From Treponema sp. (GTDB taxonomy: Bacteria; Spirochaetota; Spirochaetia; Treponematales; Treponemataceae): a DNA stretch of 63,538 bases. The stretch covers positions 1 to 63,538 of the forward strand of contig JBAXYY010000001.1 in NCBI GenBank assembly GCA_041670585.1. Reading direction: 5' to 3'. The notes below the pieces were generated by a model. The model did no database searches, was not told the DNA's origin, and saw only the letters and a program-made list of their open reading frames with translations. Below are positions 58,760 to 63,538 of this stretch, one piece after another; the stretch's first letter is position 1; each line of letters begins with the position of its first letter. The position numbers and the translations under genes are program-made.

Positions 58760-59505
58760 ATGAAGAAAACATACGCAATTTTTATTTCAACAATAGCCGC
58801 GGGGGCTTTAATTTTATCATCATGCCGGTCAACAAAAGTGAAATTGACACCTACAAGCCTGCCGCAATAATTACAGTCTACGGCAACACGACTGTTCCTT
58901 TATACGACGGCTCCACGAGCACTGCGGAAAATTACAAAGTGCAGCAGACAGACGATGGCATAATCACAGGCTTAATAAACAGGGCAATTGATAAAGACAA
59001 CGTTGAGCAAACAACAGCTAATGAAAGAATAAATTACGCCGCTGCTTTATTTGAAAAAACACTTTTAGATAAAAACATAGAAATCATTTCTGCGGAAAAA
59101 ATACAAAAGTCATCCGGCTACGCAAACACTGTTAAAAATTTCATCAACGCATTAAGCAACACAAAGGCGGCGCAAAACTACAGCATAGTGCCTGAGTCAA
59201 ACTCTATTACAAACAAAAGAATCGCACGTGAGGCAGGCGCAAAAAGCCTTTACTACGTTCACTTTAAATTTCAAAAGGAAAATGTAAAAGACGGAGTGCA
59301 TGTTGTTGGAGTAAGAGCACGCACTGCAATGACAGTCTACGCTTGTGACAGCAAAAGCAAAACCTTAATTGCAAATGACTACTCTTCCTCCTCTGAAAAA
59401 TACACGCTTTATTCAAACAGCAAATACGACAAGGAAGAGCTTTGTTCTTTTTTTGAAACCACAATTGACAATGTTATAAATGAATTCGCTTCTGACTGTT
59501 TTTAG
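58760..59505 (+). pseudogene. Frameshifted lipoprotein gene (or sequencing indel)
   Basis: ATG 58760 encodes MKKTYAIFISTIAAGALILSSC lipobox but stops at 58870; the body continues in the -1 frame (ORF 58822-59505). Confidence 0.7.
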
Positions 59506-59520
59506 TTAGAAGCGAATATT

Positions 59521-61548
59521 TTAATCAGCCTGCTTGTTGCCCCAGAAATATTCGCCAGCTTCTGTTGCTGCTGTGTTGCTGCACAAAGTTGTGAATGTAA
59601 TTGTCCTGCGGTCAACACTGCCCTTTCTTGCCCAGTCAACTGCGTTAAGAACGTAACCTTTGAATGTGCCAAGAGCAGCCCCGCTAGAGTCCTTTAAGTT
59701 GATTGTAATTGTATAGCCGTCGCTTGCTAAAGTCCAAGTGCCGCTGTAGTTGTCGCCGCTTACTGTTCCGTTTTCTGAAATGACCATTGTCTTAGAGGCG
59801 GTTGGAGTTGAGTCGCAAGTGTTGTATTCAGCAGTAAGAGTTTCTCCAAAAATTGCAGGAACACTTGTTTCTGCTCCACGCACAGTAAGAATTGTGTCGT
59901 ATGTGCCCGCAATATCGCTTTTAGAAAGAGCAGAAAGCTCTTCTGTTCCGTCAGTTGTTATATCAGTGTAATCGTTGTAATATTCATTCTGATTCAATAC
60001 AGGCCAGAGCTCTTCATTAAAGAACATCTGCCTGCACTGCAAATAAAAGTAGTAGCCCATTTGGAAATTAGTTCTAGAGTGGCACGCAATAATAATCTGC
60101 CCGTCTGAATTGCGGAAGATAGATTCTCCGCCTGGACACCGCCAGCTGTACTCTCCATTAAGCTCTACTGCTCCAAGAATTTTCCCGCCAATTGCATGGT
60201 AGTTGTTTTTATAATTTTCATCAGTTGATGTGTTTGAAAGAAGCATACTCTTGCCGCTTGGGTCTAAGTAAGCTCCGTCTATTGTTTTGCACCGTCCAAC
60301 ACCCACCCTGTATTCATAAGACAAGTCGCCCATAGAAACAAAGATGTAATAGTAGCCTGTGTTTGAATTGTAAATAAGCTGAGCGCCTTCGTAGCCCGCG
60401 CTGTAGCCGCCTGCGATTCGTGTTCCTATTAAATGGTAAGCGCTTGTGCTTGTTGGGTAAGCGTAATAGTTTGCTTCGTCAAGAGACATTTCAAGTTCGT
60501 CTCCTGTTGAAATTGAGTTGTTATTACCGTCAGTAAAATCTTCTGTTGCAACAGGCTTTAGCGAATCTGAATCAACATAAACTACGCTTATGCCGTTCAT
60601 CCATGAGCCGTAAATCATGGCATAGCAAGTGTTGCTTCCAATTGTGTATGTCATAAGATTTCCGTCTGACATGTCATAGACAAACTCTGGGTCAATGCAG
60701 CCAAAGCGATTGTTGTTTGTTTTTGAATAGTCAGGAGAAGCAACAGCCGCACCGTCTATTGTTGGAGTAACAGAAGTTGTTGTTGCAGTTCCTGAACCGC
60801 CGCCCGCTGCATAGCGAACAAGAAAACTTTGAGCATACGAAATATTTAAATTTTCAAGAATGTCTTGAATTGAAACAATGTCACTTTCATTTTTATCAGT
60901 GTCAGAATCTGCATTGTATGATGAAATAAATTCTGCGGGATAGAATGGTCCTTTTGCAGAAGATGCAATTGCTAATGTAATTGATGAAGTCCATCTTGAA
61001 GTTGTGCTTCCGCTTTTTACAGCGTTAGTCGCGTTTACTCCGTGGTACATGTAGTACAAGCCGTTCTGCTTTATAACGGTAGGCGCCCAAGTGTACGCTG
61101 TGTACGAACTGTTGTTCTGCTTAACTTCGCTTGATGAAGCTGTGTAATCTTCCCACGCAATAAAGCTTTTGTCCCAGTAGCCTGCAATGGCGGAAGACGA
61201 ACTTCCTTTCCAGTTGATTAAGTCTGTTGAATATCTTACATGAAGTCCAACGTTGCCAATGTTGCCGCAGCTTGCGTCTGTCGCATAAACGTAGTAAGTG
61301 CCGTCTGTGTCCTGAAAAAGCTTTGGGTCGTGGCAGTTAACGGCGTTCCACTTTGTCTGAGTGTAGCCTGCCAATGTTGTTCCGTTTGAGTACTTTGAGT
61401 AAACATAGCTGTTTAAATTTTCATCTGATGTATTTGTTGTTTCAGAATTGCCTGTTGTTCCATTTGTGTTTGTGTTTTCAAATTTGCAAGAAAAAATCAC
61501 GGAGGATAATAGCACTCCACATAAAATTGATTTTATTGTTATTTTCAT
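59521..61548 (-). CDS. GH43 arabinanase-like lipoprotein, paralog of 56752-58554
   Basis: Lipobox IFSC after AGGAG; CHDP, WAP, CIDP, YEG; shared WRCPGGESI and GEYFWGNK. Confidence 0.88.
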   Translation of the reverse strand: MKITIKSILCGVLLSSVIFSCKFENTNTNGTTGNSETTNTSDENLNSYVYSKYSNGTTLAGYTQTKWNAVNCHDPKLFQDTDGTYYVYATDASCGNIGNVGLHVRYSTDLINWKGSSSSAIAGYWDKSFIAWEDYTASSSEVKQNNSSYTAYTWAPTVIKQNGLYYMYHGVNATNAVKSGSTTSRWTSSITLAIASSAKGPFYPAEFISSYNADSDTDKNESDIVSIQDILENLNISYAQSFLVRYAAGGGSGTATTTSVTPTIDGAAVASPDYSKTNNNRFGCIDPEFVYDMSDGNLMTYTIGSNTCYAMIYGSWMNGISVVYVDSDSLKPVATEDFTDGNNNSISTGDELEMSLDEANYYAYPTSTSAYHLIGTRIAGGYSAGYEGAQLIYNSNTGYYYIFVSMGDLSYEYRVGVGRCKTIDGAYLDPSGKSMLLSNTSTDENYKNNYHAIGGKILGAVELNGEYSWRCPGGESIFRNSDGQIIIACHSRTNFQMGYYFYLQCRQMFFNEELWPVLNQNEYYNDYTDITTDGTEELSALSKSDIAGTYDTILTVRGAETSVPAIFGETLTAEYNTCDSTPTASKTMVISENGTVSGDNYSGTWTLASDGYTITINLKDSSGAALGTFKGYVLNAVDWARKGSVDRRTITFTTLCSNTAATEAGEYFWGNKQAD

Positions 61549-61589
61549 TTTAGTTCTCCTATGAGGGGCTAATGCTCCGTGTTGATGTA

Positions 61590-61638
61590 AAAAGCCGGTT
61601 GCGCCTGTTGTGAAGAACAAGCGTAGAACCGGTTTTTT
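61590..61638 (-). terminator. Hairpin between Ig-repeat gene and GH43 gene
   Basis: AAAAGCCGGTT...AACCGGTTTTT. Confidence 0.55.
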
Positions 61639-61671
61639 ATTACTTTTTTAGATTTGATGTGTTATTCAAAG

Positions 61672-63538
61672 TTAGTTTTTGTCATAAACAACTAATGTTA
61701 CAACATTGCCACTACGTGAAACTGTTGCTTTATATCTATTTCCTGCTGTCTGTGCCCAAGCAGCCTTTGTTAAATTAAACGTAACAGTTGCGCCATATCC
61801 CCATGCATTACCATCGTAGCTGTTGTAATCAAGATATTGTGCTGATGTGGTATTAGAATCATGCCCTTCAAGAACAAGAGTGTTAACATCTGTTGGAACA
61901 ATAAACATATTTACAGAACTGCCGTCAGCTAAGGTATAATTTGTATATTTATTATCAGCATTCCACCAGGCACTACCGGTTTTTGTTTCTGATGTTCCAT
62001 TAACTGTTACTTTATATGTACCATATTGAACATAAGCATAAACAACAAAATCATCTGTAATTCCTGCTGTATAATCAAAAGAAATATTTGCAACTTCTGT
62101 TCCTGTAACAATGTCAACATTAAAAGTTGTTGTCTTTTCACCATAAGTTACGGTTATATTTTGACCTGTTGCAACTGCACTTGAATCAAATCCAGAGAAT
62201 GTAAATGATGATGAATCATTGTCATAAGCAATGTCTGAAGTTGTACTATCAGAATATGTAGCTGTAATAACTAAACCTGCGGCATTGATATTATCATTTA
62301 AATAATAAGTTGAATCTTTTGGCGCAGTTTTTACCGCAATAGAAGAAAGAGTTGCAGCATTTACTGTAACACTGTAAGTTTTAGAAGCATTGCTACCAAC
62401 TTTAACTGTAACATCGTATGTTCCTGCGGCACTCATAGTAACTGCAGAAGAATCAACTGTATAGTCAGCGCTGTTTACTATGAAAGAGAATCCAGAAGCT
62501 GTTGTTGCTGTAACAACAATTCCACTTAAACTAAATGTAGAATCTTTTGCAAAAGTAGTTGTTGCGGCATCTGTATTTATAGATATAGATGAAACAGTAT
62601 TAAGCGCCGCTGTATACAAACTTACAGCACTAGTAGCGTCCACAGATGAATTGACATACGCGTCATACATTGTCACTGTTACATCTGCAGTTTCCGCTGT
62701 CGATTCATCAGGATTCAATGTAAAGCCACTTTTTGCTAAATCTGAAATAACTGCAGAACATAAATTAGAAATTGCACAACTTGTATCATCATTGCCAGTT
62801 GTTGTTGATGCGTATGTAAAAAGAAGGACTCCGTTTTTATAGAATGTAATAGTATTGTCTGTATTAAAGCTTACTGTTACATAACTTGCAGCATTGAAAT
62901 AGCTTTTATATGCTCCACCATTGCTTGATGTTGCAGCACTTTCAAACCAGTTTGTTTTCCATGTTCCGTCAGGATAATATCCAAGTGTTGAAAGCTGTAT
63001 TGATCCCTGCACTGTTTTAATTACTGTTGTCCAGTCAGAAGCTAAATCTGTTCCAAGCCAGAAGCTAACAGAAGCGCCTGTTGTGGAAGTAACAGCCACT
63101 GGTTTTACTTCAGTAGAAGCAGAGATTGCGCCAGACACTGAATAAGGAATTGCGTTTACAACTAAAATACTATATGTAGCTGTAAGTGTATTGTAAGTCG
63201 CTGTAACAGTTTGAGTGCCTGCAGTTGCCATATCATAGCCAGAAAATACACAGCTTGAAGTTACATCTGAAGTAGCATTGTTTGTATCTGTATAAGTTAC
63301 AGCAATACCTGTTGAATCAAAAGTATCTCCTACAGTGAAAGAAGTTTTTGTTGCAGGTGTAGTAATTGCTATAGATTCTGTATTTGCACTTTGAACAGTA
63401 ATGTCATAAGTCGCTGTCAATTCTGAATAAGCTACAGTCACAGTCTGTGTGCCTGCTGTAGCCATGTCGTAACCTGTAAATGTACATTCGCTGTTTGCAA
63501 TTGTTCCAGTTGTGCTGTCTGAATAAGTTGCAGTTACA
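61672..63538 (-). CDS. Partial large surface protein with bacterial Ig-like (Big_3-type) repeats and lectin-like domains
   Basis: Frame open to window edge; repeated SI-x-TK-x-F-x-GD-x-G-x-V...GYDMATAGTQTVT units; Thr/Ser/Ala/Val-rich; LamG-like YVTVSF...ITFYKNG segment. Confidence 0.8.
   Translation of the reverse strand, partial: VTATYSDSTTGTIANSECTFTGYDMATAGTQTVTVAYSELTATYDITVQSANTESIAITTPATKTSFTVGDTFDSTGIAVTYTDTNNATSDVTSSCVFSGYDMATAGTQTVTATYNTLTATYSILVVNAIPYSVSGAISASTEVKPVAVTSTTGASVSFWLGTDLASDWTTVIKTVQGSIQLSTLGYYPDGTWKTNWFESAATSSNGGAYKSYFNAASYVTVSFNTDNTITFYKNGVLLFTYASTTTGNDDTSCAISNLCSAVISDLAKSGFTLNPDESTAETADVTVTMYDAYVNSSVDATSAVSLYTAALNTVSSISINTDAATTTFAKDSTFSLSGIVVTATTASGFSFIVNSADYTVDSSAVTMSAAGTYDVTVKVGSNASKTYSVTVNAATLSSIAVKTAPKDSTYYLNDNINAAGLVITATYSDSTTSDIAYDNDSSSFTFSGFDSSAVATGQNITVTYGEKTTTFNVDIVTGTEVANISFDYTAGITDDFVVYAYVQYGTYKVTVNGTSETKTGSAWWNADNKYTNYTLADGSSVNMFIVPTDVNTLVLEGHDSNTTSAQYLDYNSYDGNAWGYGATVTFNLTKAAWAQTAGNRYKATVSRSGNVVTLVVYDKN

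Noticed and set aside
509-62842. Numerous 60-145 aa ORFs nested in or antisense to the annotated genes
   Set aside because: Fully overlapped by well-supported CDSs and lacking RBS or motifs

Overview
A 63.5-kb chromosomal segment from a Treponema-like spirochete (flaB/flaG/fliD, flgN-flgK-flgL-fliW-csrA, short P115-type SMC, spirochaetal lipoboxes). In order it contains: an NrdR-regulated class III ribonucleotide reductase locus; tRNA-Met, argF and nrnA; a divergent sigma-factor-like gene; rdgB; a flagellar filament/hook-junction cluster with tsaE/tsaB; six tRNAs; tig-clpP-clpX; a GT4 glycosyltransferase, DEAD-box helicase, smc, serS and aconitase; a ComFB/YccA/GGDEF trio; and an arabinan-type utilisation locus (AraC, GH127/146, three GH43, two sugar ABC systems, Ig-repeat surface protein) running off the right edge. 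The strongest candidate for an undescribed system is the split anaerobic RNR. NrdD stops just after its zinc ribbon. The glycyl-radical loop sits on a separate gene with its own promoter and tandem NrdR boxes, carries a putative docking coiled-coil and is fused to a CxxC redoxin domain. Other notable signals are a sigma54-type promoter in front of the sigma-like orphan, two identical tRNA-Gly genes with A18/C55 in place of G18/U55, a ~35-bp palindromic repeat in about 10 intergenic spacers, and a frameshifted lipoprotein gene. All calls come from motif recognition by eye; no database searches were run.
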